From: the human T2T-CHM13v2.0 reference genome, Homo sapiens
Strand: one strand, 5' to 3'
Assembly (NCBI RefSeq): GCF_009914755.1
Contig: NC_060935.1
Length of the DNA: 64,000 bases
Shown here: positions 28,409 to 56,303 of the stretch, in pieces
Layout: every line of letters begins with the position of its first letter
Numbering within the stretch: the stretch's first letter is position 1
The notes under the pieces: generated by a model
What the model saw: the letters and a program-made list of their open reading frames with translations, nothing else
What the model was told of the DNA's origin: nothing
Databases searched by the model: none
Program-made: the position numbers and the translations under genes

Positions 28409-28999
28409 TGCTGATGTATAGAAATACAATTGATTTGTGTGTGTGTGTTAACTGTATATCCTGCAAACTTGTTAAACTCACTTATTAGTTCTAAGAGGTC
28501 TTTGCAAACTCATTGGGTCTTTGACATAAACAATCGTGTACACTATGAACAATAACTGTCCTCTCCAGGGTGGGGTGGGCACCAGGTTAAGAGTTGGGCA
28601 TCTCCTTGAGATGTCCTTATTTGCTTAGGTCCTGCATGAAAGCACACAGTGCCCTGGCTCTTTTGAAAAGCAGGAAAATCCTGAAAGCAAGCAACACAGA
28701 GCTTTCTCCACTGTGAGGTGGTGAGGAGGGGATTAGGACACTAGATGAGAAAGGACAGGCCTAGACAATGAAGCAAGGGGCCAGTGGGCAGACGGGTAAA
28801 ACCACCTGCTCCTCAAAATGGCCAGGCTCTGAGATGAAGCAGGAGTCTGCACTTAAACCGAGGCTGGATCCATCCCAGGGATTCAAGTGAGTCGGCATAT
28901 TGACAGGAATCCCAGTGGAAGTCTTTTTGTGGAGTGAAGGACGGGGGTGAGTTGCAAAATTTTCTGGACCAGAACTTATTGTAGGAAAAGAAGAATTGA

Positions 29000-29165
29000 A
29001 GCTGGGCATGGGCTCCTGCTTATGGTCCCAGCTACTCAGGAGGCTGAAGCAGGGGGATTGCTTGAGCCCAGGAGGCTGCGGTGTGCTATGATCACACCTG
29101 TGAATAGCTGCTATGCTCCAGCCTGGGCGAGAGAGCAAGACCCCATGTCTAAGAAAAGAAAGGAA
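29000..29165 (+). mobile_element. Alu monomer (FRAM/FAM-like)
   Basis: Single monomer with tgtgaatagctgctatgctccagcctggg. Confidence 0.8.
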
Positions 29166-30654
29166 AGAATTCAGGCACTGTGAGGTGACCTAGGAACAAA
29201 GCTTCAAAACATTCTGAGTACAACAGAAAAAAAGAAGTTTTACTTAAAGTCCATAAAATCCTGGGACATTAGCATCCTTTTTTGGAAACCCCTCTCTTAA
29301 ACTGTAACTCCAGGGAGACAGAAGCTCCCGTAGACCAACAGAGCACATGGTCCCAGTGCCCAGCAGAGCGACGTGGAGCTGCAGAGTCCTGTGGGGGCTA
29401 ATTTGTACACAAGCACATGAAACACCCCCACAGGAGCCTAGACTTTTCCTCTGTCTTGCTGCAGACTTTGAAAGAGCTAGAGACCCTGTCAAATCATGCG
29501 GGTGCAAAATCCCATGCAATTGAGGGGTTTTCACTCATGGTATGCTGTTTCTGCAGGCCTGTGATGTCAAGAGAAAACAGAAAAAGAGAAGCGAATTCCA
29601 CCTTTGCCCACTGAGAACAAATCTACCCAACTCCTCTGTCACAACCCCTGTGAGAAGATTCTGCCATCTCCCAGCCCTGAAGACTGTGAGGTCACCTGAC
29701 CACCTATTACATTGCTAAATATGGCAAGATGTCACCTGACTCGACATTAGGCTGCCCGTCAATCATCACACTCCCTTTCTCCCACTTACTTTTCTATCAC
29801 CCCGTAGAAGGTTCCCAACAGCTGTCCTTAAGTCCTCCAGGCTATAGAAACCACTCTTGAAACAATATGTCAGCATACCATTAGTGTCCTTCAACTCACA
29901 CCCTCACTTCCCAGCCCCTCCTCTGTGAACAAAGTCTCTCCTTACCTCTTCCGCCAGCACTAATCAACCTAATGTTCCTTCACTGTTTTCCCCCCTCCCA
30001 GCTTCCCTCCAACCTGCACCCCACACCCCCCCATCCTTTCTCCTCTTTCTTTCCAAGTCTCCACACTATGACCGAACACTTGTCAGAAATGGTGCTCCCC
30101 CTGGGCCCCTCCACACCTCCTGAAGCCCAATCCCCATCACTTCTTACCACCCCCAGCTCTCTGATGGCCCTGGGCCTCCCTCCCGACAGCTGAGGCCTTT
30201 CCTGGATCTCTACATATCACCAAGCTAAGCCAGTGTTCCAAAATAGTCTCCTGAACAATGATGACAACTGCACGGTTATTTTGGAAGGTGAGTGTGGCCA
30301 GAGTCCCAGAACAATGCAGGAAAGACAATGGGATGGTGGAAAGCAGGTAGCCTGGCCAGCTATTTGTGCAGATGAATTCAGGAGCCTGGTATTTCTCTGA
30401 AGGATGACCAGAGAATGGATGAGCTCTCAGGATCACACTGAGACCAGGTCCCTAATGCTCCTAATCCCTTAGGACACAAAGACCTGAAAGACATAGAAAC
30501 TGCTTCTCTGAAAATTGGCTTGATTATTCTCCCAAAGTTGACCAGGATCCAGAGCTTAGATTGCAGGAGGTCAGGGCGTATGCTGAGGCCCAGCTGTCTT
30601 CAAGCTGCAGTTTCCAAGATAGCCCTGAATAGAGTCCAATCAATATATGGCAAT

Positions 30655-31205
30655 ATATTTCTCCTTTGTTTCCTGTAAGTTTTACAAAAACACACATACA
30701 GAAATGTACGTAAGTCATAAGTTTACAGCTCAATGGATTTTCACGAAGTGAACACACCCTCAAAACCAGCACCCAGATACAGAGAACACAACAAAAGCAG
30801 CAGAGAGCCTACTCACCCCTACTTCCAGCCAATATTCCATCCCCTACCCCAGGATAAATGCAATCCCAGCTTCTAATATTGTGCACTGGTTTTGTCTGTT
30901 CTTTGAACTTTCTGTAGCAGAGTTATAGAATATGTACACTTCTGTGATTGGCTCATTTCAGCCAACATAATGTCTGTGAGATTCATCCTTCTTGGATATA
31001 GTTCAAGTTAATTCATTATCATTATTGTATTGTATTGTATTCAATAAATATTACTACAATTCATTCATCCATTCTACTCTCCAGCATTTGGGTAGTTTCC
31101 AGTTTGAGGGCATAAGTAGTAGAAGTATTGTGAATATTCTAGGACATGTTTTCATGAAACATACATGCAGCTCTGTTGGGTACAGTCTAGGCCTTGGAGT
31201 GGAAT
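30655..31205 (-). mobile_element. L1ME 3' fragment
   Basis: acagctcaatggattttcacgaagtgaacacacc...catttgggtagtttccagttt. Confidence 0.7.
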
Positions 31206-32139
31206 TACAGTTCTCAAAAACAAAAGAAAATAAATAAATTCAAGTTTGATATAGACTTGACTGCTGCAAGACACAGATTCCCTGACTGCAGTGAACCCGA
31301 GGTGGCCGTGAGCAGTGGAAGGAGTGTGCTTGTTAAAAGGGCAGATGTGATGCTGGGAGACATGTACAAATCTCAAGAGATTATTCAGGGAAGCACCAGA
31401 TTTATTTTAAATGATGGGAAGAGGTGTCAAATGAAGGTTATAAAAACATTCCAGTAAATAAGGCCAATGGTGGGTTGATAATATCTTCAGAGAACATGTT
31501 TAGGATCACACGGTTCTTCTTCACTCTTCTCTGCAGAACTTCCTGGCAGCGATGGCAGTGGAACATTAGACACGGAGAGGAACAGGAGGTGGGAAGAGGA
31601 GGCTAAGTGCATGTGGGCCTGAAAGTCCCTGCTTTGGGAGTTTTTTAACAGTCCTGGATGGAGGTAAGGAGGCAGGCCTGATTCTAAGATCTCAAGGAAA
31701 GGAGAGTCTGTGTCACTCTTCTCTTCCCTTGGCCCTTAGACTGTTTACGAATGAAATAATTTCATCAATTATTTCATTATTTCAATATAGCAGATCCCCT
31801 CACTGAGACTTCCAAAGATTTTTATCAACAATTTTATGTCACTCCCACTAACTCTTTGAAAGTAAATGACAGAATTTATTTTCCCGTTTAAAAAACAGAA
31901 ACACAAAGACCCAGCGGAGTCTGCATTTTCTAGGTTTAGTCAGCCATTCTGGAAGCTGTGTCCTGGTAACCACAGTGTCCCAGCTATGAACTCCAGGCAA
32001 GTGTACAGCATCATCTTCCATTCACCATGTGGTTACTGCACTTCTCATACAAACTACCTGCGTCACTCAGTTATCCACTATCAAGGACTATGCCACACTC
32101 CCTAGAGCAGATGCAGGGCACTTAGAGATTAATAAAACA

Positions 32140-32464
<325 letters not shown>

Positions 32465-35220
32465 TTAGAGTTCAAGTCTTAATCGCCATATGGCTTTGAG
32501 CAACTTATTTTATCTCACTATGCCTCCATTTCCTAGACCTGGAAACGAAAATAAGAGAGAATGAAATTTAAACAGCTTCTCAGAAGAGTATGTAAGTTAA
32601 GCCACATAAAGCATATAAATATCAGTCACTTAGTAGCCACTCGGCACATGGTAATTACAAAGCATGGTGCCATAAGAAGTTGCTGGGGAGGCAGACATGT
32701 AAATGAATGCAGAAAATATATGAGGAATACTAAAATAGAAATTAAAGTGTCCTGTGGCTTTTTCGTCCACATAGACGAGTGTCAAAGCTAGTATCTCTCT
32801 GGGAGGATCATGGCAGACAGGAGGCAGGCCTAGATTGCAGCTCCCACTCAGACGGACAGAGCAGCATGTGGAGTATTGCATCATGAACTTTTGCTCCAGA
32901 ATGACTGCAGGAAGAAATCAGGAAAGCCAAGAGAACCCACAGACCCTCTGAAGGAAGTGAATTGCTCCTGCATGACCTGGGAGACACCCCAAATACCGTG
33001 AGTGCCCAAACTATGGAAGTGGGAAAGGGGCATCATTCAGTCCCAAACACACAACCTCACTGGGGAACCTCAAGATCTAGATCACCAGAGAAGATTCTAA
33101 CATTACCTGGAGCTGAGTCAATTTAGAGAGCCGAGTGAAACGCAGGGGTAGAGGAAGCAGTGGGAAAATCCCTGTGGGCTCTCTGGGTGCCCTAGCAAGC
33201 CATTTCTGCCTTGCCTCCCAGGGGTCATTGGGGAGGGCTACCAGAGGCACTGGGAAAAGGCCACAGGGAGAAGGAAGCCTCCAGCTGAACTTCGTAACAA
33301 TTCCAACTGAACAAGAAGTCTCCTGGCCAGAACTACAGGGAGGGCGTGAATCCTGTGTGCAGACCACAGGTGGGGAAGCACGAAGGGTTCACAGCTTTCA
33401 CAGCTGGGAGGCTGGTAGCCTGGGGCAAGCTCTCAGCCCTGCTTGTCCACTGCCTGGACACAGACTTAGTGCTGTTGAGCAGGGAATGGTGAGAGTGAGA
33501 CTGGCCCTTTGGGTTGTGTGGGAGCTGGGTGAGGCCTGTGATTGCCAGCTTTCCCTCACTTCCCTGACAACCTGCATGACACAGCAGAGGCAGCATAATC
33601 CTCCTAGGAACACAACCCCATTGACCTGCGAACCACACCTCCATCCCCCACAAGCAAGACCCACTCAAGGAGAGTCTGAACTCAGACATGCCTAGCACTG
33701 CCCCCACTTAATGGGCCTTCCCTACCCACCCTGGTAGCTGAAGACAAACAGCATATACTCTTGGGAGTTCTAGGGCCCTACCCACCGCCTGATCCCTCCC
33801 ATACTACCACAGCTGATGCTCTCTGGAAAGTGCCACCTCCCAGCAGGAAGCCAACCGGCTCAAAAATAGTGCATTAAACCACCAAAACTAAGGACCCTCA
33901 CAGAGTCCATTTCACCCCCCACCACCTCCACCACAGCAGGCATTGGTATCCACAGCTGAGAGACCCACAGATGGTTCACATCACAAGACTCTGTACAGAC
34001 AACTCCCAGTGCCAGCCCAGAGCCTGGTAGACCTGTTGGGTGACTAAATTCAGAAGAGAGATAATAATCACGACAGCTCAGATCTCAGGAAGCCACATCC
34101 CTAGGAAAAGGGGGAGGGTACTACATCAAGGGAACACCCTGTGGGACAAAAGAATCTGAACAACAGCCTCGAGCCCTAGACCTTCCCTCCGACAGAGCCT
34201 ACCCAAATGCGAAGGAACTAGGAAACCAACTCTGGTAATATGAGAAAACAAGGCTCTTTAATACCCTCCAAAAAAATCACACTAGCTCACCAGCAATGGA
34301 TCCAACCAAAAAAAATCCCTGATTTACCTGAAAAAGAATTCATAAGGTCAGTTATTAAGCTAATCAAAGAGGTGCCAGAAAAAGGCAAAGCCCAATTTAA
34401 GGAAATAAAAAAAAAAATACAAAAAGTAAGGGGAGAAATTTTCAATGAAATAGGTAGCATATAATAAAAAGCAATCAAAACTTCAGGAACCAACGGATGC
34501 AGTTATAGAAATTCAAAATGCTCTGGAAAGTCTCAGCAATAGAAGCGAATAAGCAGGAGAAAGAACCTCAGAGCTCAAAGACAAGGTTTTCAAAATAATC
34601 CAACAAAGACAAAGAAAAAAGAATAAGAAAATATGAACAAAGCCTCCAAGAAGTCTGGGATTATGTTAAATGAGCAAACCAAAGAATAATCGGCATTCCT
34701 AAGAAGAAGAGAAATCTAAGAGTTTGGAAAACATATTAGGGTATCCACTACTGGGTATCTACCCAGAGAAAAAGAAGTCATCACACGAAAAGGATGCTTG
34801 CACACATATGTTTATAGCAGCACAATTCTCAGTTGTAAAAATGTGGAACCAACCCATATGCCCATCAATCAGTGAGTGGATAAAGAAACTGCAGTATACA
34901 TATACAATGGAATACTACTCAGCCATAAACAGGAATGAATTAATGGCATTCACAGCAACCTGGATGAGATTGGAGACTATTATTCTTAGTGAAGTAACTC
35001 AGGAATGGAAAACCAAACATTGTATGTTCTCGATCATACGTGGGAGCTAAGCTATGAGGATACAGAGACGTAAGAATGACACAGTGGACTTTGGGGACTC
35101 AGGGAAAAAGGGTGGGAAGGGAGTGATGAATAAAAGACTACAATTTGGGTGCAGTGTATACTGCTCAGGCGATGCGTCCACCAAAATCTCACAAATCACC
35201 ACTAAAGATCTTACTTATGT

Positions 35221-35521
35221 GGCCAGGTGCAGTGGCTCATGCCTGTAATCCCAACACTTTGGGAGGCTGAGGCAGGTGGATCACGAGGTCAGGAGATCGA
35301 GACCATCCTGGCTAACATGGTGAAACCCCATCTCTACAAGAAATACAAAAAATTAGCTGGGTGTGGTGGCGGGCCCCTGTAGTCCCAGCTACTCAGGAGG
35401 CTGAGGCAGGAGAGTTGGCGTGAACCCGAGGTGTGGAGCTGGCAGTGAGCCGAGATCGCGCCACTACACTCTAGCCTGGGCAACAGAGCAAGACTCCGTC
35501 TCAAAAAAAAAAAAAAAAAAA
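35221..35521 (+). mobile_element. AluY-like element in the L1PB 3'UTR
   Basis: TSD aaagatcttact(t/c)atgt at 35204 and 35522. Confidence 0.95.
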
Positions 35522-35594
35522 AAAGATCTTACTCATGTAACCACACACCACCTGCTCCCCAATAATCTATGGAAATAAAATAATTTTTTTTTTA

Positions 35595-36220
<626 letters not shown>

Positions 36221-37074
36221 AAAGAAACTAATAGGGAAAAAAAGCTAGTATCACTCTTACCTGAGATCTTTAGGCATTATACAGTAAGACTGTCTCAATC
36301 TCAGTAAGAACTAAGTAAATAAATAAAATGACAATAAGGGACTTTTGTGCATCCAGAACTTTCAGGCAAAGACTGTAAGTTCTCTAGCATCATTACATGC
36401 CCAGGTTATATTTCTCAAGCCTTACTTGTTCCTTCCCACCCATTAACATTTCAGAATTATATTTCATTTATAACAGGTATTCTCTAGGCTCACTAACCTG
36501 ACAGGGTTAATATCAAAAAATAAAAACAAAAATAATGGCATTTAAATAAAAATAGCCTCGGGCTTGAGCCCATCCTAGCAACCACAGTGAAATTCCAGCT
36601 TCCCCCCAATCTTCTCAGAGTTCTTGGATGGCCTAAGAATGATCCCCACAGCCTCTAGATGCTACCTGCAACGTTCTTTGCAAGGAGCTCCCCTCCTCCT
36701 TTCAATTGGTTCCACCTCTGTCTGCAAAGGCTGCTTTCCTGTCTCTCTTATGGCTCACTTTACTGATACTGAACTCCTCCCTTCCCAATATTGAGATCTG
36801 CTGTGTCCTGGGGCTGGGGCTATACCTCTCCCGTATCACTCCCCTGCTTTTGTCACCATCACTGCCTCTGTCCTGAGCTACAAGCCCTCAGCTAAGCCAC
36901 AGCATGCAAGTGCGAGTTTCAGTCCACAGGCAGAGTCGGAGGCCGCTTGCTCCAGAGGAGAACATCCACTTTACTTTCTTACCTTGCTGCATCCACAAGA
37001 GGGAGCCTCGTGCCGCTTCTCCAGCCAGAATGGTAGCCCCCAAGGCTCTTCCTCTTCCTCCACCTTCAGGTGCA

Positions 37075-39165
37075 GCATCCAACAAGGTCAAAATCACAAT
37101 GTCTTCCATCTAATAAAAAATTACCAGACATGCAAAAAAAAAAAAAAAACAGGAAAATATGACCCTTAATATAGAGAAAACAAACATGAAAAACAACCCA
37201 GAAATGACACAGACTATAGAATTAGTGGAAATAGTTATTATAATTGTATCCTATATGCTCAAAAATTTAGAAGACTGAACGTGTTGGTAGATATATAGAA
37301 GATTTTTTTTAAATAGCCAAATTGAACTTCTGAAGTTAAAACTACAATGTCTAACATGAAAATACATTGGATGAGATTAACAGCAGATTAGACACTAAGA
37401 AGAAAAGATTTGTGAACTTGAAAACAGCAATAAAAGCCATCCAAATTGAAATACAAAGAGAAAGAAACCAATGAAAAGAAACAAGAAGAGCATCAGGGCA
37501 TCGTGGGACAACTTCAATCAGTCTAAAAAATGAAAAGATGCTTCTAAATGTAAAAAAGAATCCTTTAAATTGTCAAACAGCCCATCAGAATTTTTAATAG
37601 CTCTATTAGAAAAAAAGTTCATTTTGCTGCTTAAGTTCCAGTAGGCCAATCTTTGTGATGAATCCCTTGGGATGTTGCCAATCCAGACAGGCAGCTCTTA
37701 AGGTGACACACCAGTCATCCAGGGACTTACCATCACGTCAGTCATTTTGTTACTGTTTTTAATAATGTAAAATACTTGACCAATGAGGATTCCTTCCGGA
37801 AATGCAAGTTATTCAACAATAGGAATCCTATCTACCTAAATCATTACATTTATAAATTAAGAAAACCCGCATGATTTTATGAATGTAAAAAGGTATTTCT
37901 CTAATATTTAACAGCACTCTAATAAAAAAGATTAACTAACATAGGAATAGAGAGAAGCTACCTAAACAAGATGAAAGCTGTTTACCAAAACAGAATTCTA
38001 TTTTTAATCATGATGGAATAATAGAGACTAGATGTACCTTCCCTCCTTACATAACTAAAAGCTGGACAAAATATATGAAGTGAAAGTTTTCAGACATTGG
38101 ACAACAGGCAGTGCAAGACTGTGATCCCTGAGAGAAAGACAAGTGAGATCAGCCCTGCAAGTACCCCCAGCTCACTGCCTGGAGAATTTCCAGGCTGACC
38201 ACAGAAAAAAGAAACCAAAACAGAGTCCAACAGTCTCACTGATTAAGGAGACAAAGTTCAGAGTTCCAGCAGGGCAAAATGAGAAAAATTTGTGAGGCAA
38301 AGTATCAAAGAAAAAGAACTGCAGAGAGTGAGGGTTCCAGAGATCTGCAGAGCAGTCCCTCAAGACTTTGGCTGAGTACTGCTATGCGCTTGTGTAAGGA
38401 GACTACTGAGGCTGGGGAAAGAACAGCAGAGAGGAGTAGGCAGAACAATTTCAGGAGTTCACACAGGACCAGAAATAGTGTTTTCCCTAGCCGGTTTGGG
38501 AAGATCTCCTAATACGGTGGGGCATCGGGTACAGTTCTCAAAAGCATATTGCCTCAGTGGGGCCAAATTAGCCCTCAGTGTAAAAGTAAAGTATCTAAAG
38601 GAATGTTTAGAAATCCAGCACCCCATAACATAAAGTGTACAATGTCTGGTATTCAATAAAATATTACCTAGTATGCAAATAAGCAGGAACATAAGACCCA
38701 GTATTGGAAAAAAACATCATTCTATAGACATAGACCTATATATGACTCAGATGTTAGAATTTGTAGGCAAGGACATCAAAACAAGAATTATAAATTCACT
38801 CCATATATTCAAGAAGTGCAAGAAAGCATGAGTATGGTCAGGAGAAAAATGAAATGCCTAAGTAAACTTCTAGAAATGAAAAATACAGTAACTGAACTGA
38901 AAAATACATTGGCAGGATTAACAGCAGATTAAATGCTATAGGAGAAAAGATTTGTGAATTTGAAGATATTGCAATAGGAACTATCCAAATTAAACACTGA
39001 GAGAAAACATAAGCCAGAAGAAAACTAAACAAAGCATCAATAAGTTGTGAGACAATATCAAGTAGCCTAATATATACATAACTGGAGTATCCAGAAGAAG
39101 GGAGGAAAATAATACTTGAAAGAAATGGCCATTTTTTTTTCCAAATTTAATGAAATTAACCCACA
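37075..39165 (+). mobile_element. Stacked old L1M 5'/ORF1 fragments
   Basis: Repeated ORF1-like motifs (gattaacagcagatta...aagatttgtgaa) at ~37370 and ~38915, plus L1M 5'UTR-like sequence at 38000-38600. Confidence 0.7.
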
Positions 39166-39203
39166 TGTATTAGTCAGAGTTCTACAAAGAAACAGAAGGA
39201 ATA

Positions 39204-39249
<46 letters not shown>

Positions 39250-39633
39250 TTTATCAGTATTATACTATATATATTTATATATATAAAATATATTGCAGGT
39301 GTGAGCCACCATACCCAGTATAAGTATTATTTATATATGTAAATATGTAGTATTTTACCAATATAAATATATTGGCAACATATAACTATATTTACATATA
39401 TAAATACATTAGAGGGAGAGAGAGATTTATATGAAGAATTGGCTCACACAGTTATGAAGGCTAAGAAGTGCCATGATCTGCCATCTGCAAGTCAGAGACC
39501 CAGGAAGGCCAGTGCTGTAATTCAGCCAGTGGTTGAGTCCATCCAGAAGCACTCTCATGGACACACCAAAAATTATGTTTAACCTGCGCACCCCATAGCC
39601 CAGTCATGTTGACACATAAAATTTATTATCACA
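39166..39633 (-). mobile_element. MLT2 LTR (3' LTR of ERVL remnant) with internal (TA)n
   Basis: tgtattagtcagagttct...gaattggctcac...ttgacacataaaatttattatcaca. Confidence 0.85.
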
Positions 39634-42795
<3,162 letters not shown>

Positions 42796-42974
42796 AAAAT
42801 GCCGGGGGGGGGGGGGGAATCTAAAAATAGCATCACTAAGATTAGGACAACATCAAGTTGCCTAACACACGTATAATTGAAGTTCCCAGGAAAAAGGAGA
42901 AAAAAAAATACTTGAAAAAAGTGGCCACTTTTTCCAAATTTAATGAAAATTATTAATCTAAATATTCAAAAATA

Positions 42975-47950
<4,976 letters not shown>

Positions 47951-48214
47951 TTAGAAGAGAACAGAACCCAACCTAGTATGTTCCAGTAGTAACAGTTATT
48001 CGCATGGGGGCTGAAAACATTAAAAACAGGTGGGTGGGGTCAGAAGCTTACCTGAGAGAAAATGGAAAGGAGATGAAAACAAAAAGGACCAAGGAACAAA
48101 TGCAATGAATAGAAAACAAATATCAAGACGACACATTGTAACCAAAGCATATTGGTAATCTTGATATTAGTTATAAATGTACTAAACAATTATAGACTAC
48201 ATACAAGAAACCCA

Positions 48215-48710
48215 TTTTTGCTCATATTTATTTTATTTTGATTTTTTAATGCTGCACAAGACAATATCTATTTTTTCTTGTATTTATATGCTGCTATTTA
48301 CTGAAAGTGAGAGGGACCTTATGTGGCCTTTTTCTTTTTCTGTAGGCCACCTTAGAGCTTTCTAAATTTGGAATACTTGATCAAGCTGAAAGAAAAAGGG
48401 AGTTTCACAAAATCAATGGGGGTGGGGAGGGGAAGGCTGCTTCATTAATTATGCCCTGTGGTGGTTGATTAACTGCTTGTACAATTGTTTCACTTTTAAT
48501 AAATTACGCTTACAGTGCTCCTGCTGATGAAGGCACCTGAGCTGAATACAGTTACATCCGGGGTACAAGTGAAGGGACAGTGGCATTAGTGGCAGTTATA
48601 TCCACTAGCAGGGCCAATTCTCAGAAAAGTCGCAGCCATGTGGGCCCTGTGGGGCTTGAGAGTAGCATCCTCAGGAATAGGTGATGAGCAAATTCTGGAA
48701 AGTGGTCCCA
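48215..48710 (-). pseudogene. Processed GNAS (Gs-alpha) pseudogene fragment: last exons plus 3'UTR
   Basis: Minus strand encodes DHFPEFA (GNAS DYFPEFA), then cctgaggatgctact and cttcatcagcaggagcactgtaag (LRQYELL* region). 3'UTR matches such as attaaaagtgaaac, attgtacaagcagttaatca, ccctctcactttcagtaaa, gtgcagcattaaaaaatcaaaataaaa. No introns. Based on the recalled GNAS mRNA. Confidence 0.88.
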
Positions 48711-48859
48711 GAAGTCAGGCCTCGGCAGCAGAGCAGGTCTCAGGTGCTTGGCATGCAGTCGGCCTGCTGGCTGACACGATCTTGCCTGGGAAGCATGGGA
48801 CACAGTTCATGGGCTGCTACTGGTGGGAGCCAGGGTAATGGGGTGCACATCCACCCTCC

Positions 48860-49518
48860 TGAAACAGGTCAGGGTCACTGTTCTCTTTGTCTAAGGTATT
48901 ATCTGAGCTCGTGGTCTCACAACCAAGAAAATTAAAGAGCATGGACACAAAGGGTGAGGTTGGAGCAAAAATTTAATAAGCAAAAGAAGAAAGCTCTCCA
49001 CAGAGGAGAGGGGTCCCGGATGGTGGCCAGGTTACAGTTGAATTCAAAAGCTTTTATAAGAAACTGCTCTCATCTCCGTAACCGTTTGAGTAACTTATCT
49101 ATAAAACTGTCTGCATAACTCCCCTTATCTATACAGTTGTGGGTATGTCTGTAGGTAAGCACAAAGTACAGCTTTTTGTTTGTGTAAGTGTGGGTTTAAG
49201 TAAGCCCCCCTCCCCCCTGGGCAAGTTCCCTTGGAGCCCACCATGTACATGTCTGAAAAGGGGAGAAACTTTTTCCTGGGAGCTCGCTAATCATACAAAG
49301 AACAAAAACAGCCTCTGTGCTGGACTGTGCCTGCCTTACCTGTTTATCTGTGGCTTATCTGTACACCTGCAGTCTGAATTTTTTCCAGGCTGCTCTATTT
49401 TTGCCTGTAGCTGTGATTTTTCAGGCAGGCAGCGTCACAATTTTTCAGACAGGCAGCTTCTCCAAGGACTAGTCTGTTAGTTGTTTACCCAACTAATTTT
49501 TCCATTCCTTCTCCCTCA
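48860..49518 (-). mobile_element. ERV1-class 3' LTR (MER83/MER50 group; family uncertain)
   Basis: TG...CA termini; polypurine tract (minus aaggtgggga) immediately adjacent at 49519-49528. Confidence 0.8.
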
Positions 49519-55517
<5,999 letters not shown>

Positions 55518-56303
55518 TGTATTAATCTGTTCTCAAGCTGCTAATAAAGACATACCTGAGAATTTATAAAGGAAAGAGGCTTAATGGACTCACAGTTCCA
55601 CATAGCTGGGGAGGCCTCATAATCATGGTGGAAAGGAGAGCAGGTACAGGGGAACTCCCCTTTCTAAAACCATCAGATCTTGTGAGACTTATTCACTATC
55701 ATAAGAACATCATAGGGAAAAACCCGCCCTCATGGTTCAATTAACTCCCACTGGGTCCCTCCCATAACATGTGGGAAGTATGGGAGCTACAATTCAAAAT
55801 GAGATTTGGCTGGGGACACAGCCAAATCATATCATTCTGTCCCTGACCCCTCCCAAATACAATGCTCTCACATTTCAAAACCAATCACGCTTTCCCAACG
55901 ATCCCCCAGAGTCTTTACAAAATCATTGCAGCATTAACTTGAAAGTCCACAGTCCAAAATCTCATCTGAGATAAGGCAAGTCCCTTCCACCTATAAACCT
56001 GTAAAATCAAAAGCAAGTTAGTTACTTCCTAAATACAATAGGGGTACAGGCATTGGGTAAATACATCCATTCCAAATGGGAGAAATTTGGAGAAATTGGT
56101 CAAAACGAAGGGGCTACAGGCCCCATGCAAGTCCGAAATCCAGCAAGGCAGTCAAATCTTCAAGCTCCAAAATGATCACCTTTGGCTCCATGTTTCACAT
56201 CCAGGGTGTACTGATGCAAGAGGTGGGCTCCCAGTGCCTTGGGCAGCTCCACCCGTGCGGCTTTGCAGGGTACAGCTTCCCTCCTGGCTGCTTTCACAGG
56301 CTG
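55518..56303 (-). mobile_element. THE1 LTR (55518-55834) plus truncated THE1 internal sequence
   Basis: tgtattaatctgttctcaagctgctaataaagacatacc...gccaaatcatatca, then the MaLR internal motif gtccacagtccaaaatctcatctgagataaggcaagtccc. Confidence 0.9.

Larger units (their letters stand above)
22855..28550 (-). mobile_element. Old antisense L1M host element fragmented by Alu, L1PA and MLT2 insertions
   Basis: Antisense L1 ORF2/3' motifs at 22855-23447, 26612-27613 and 28408-28550 read continuously across the insertions. Confidence 0.7.

Noticed and set aside
31194-31606. Two consecutive plus-strand ORFs in unique sequence
   Set aside because: Non-ATG starts, no recognisable homology and no convincing splice-site pair.
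33135-33695. Longest ORF in the window (186 aa)
   Set aside because: Entirely within the L1PB 5'UTR, starts at GTG, and resembles no protein I know.
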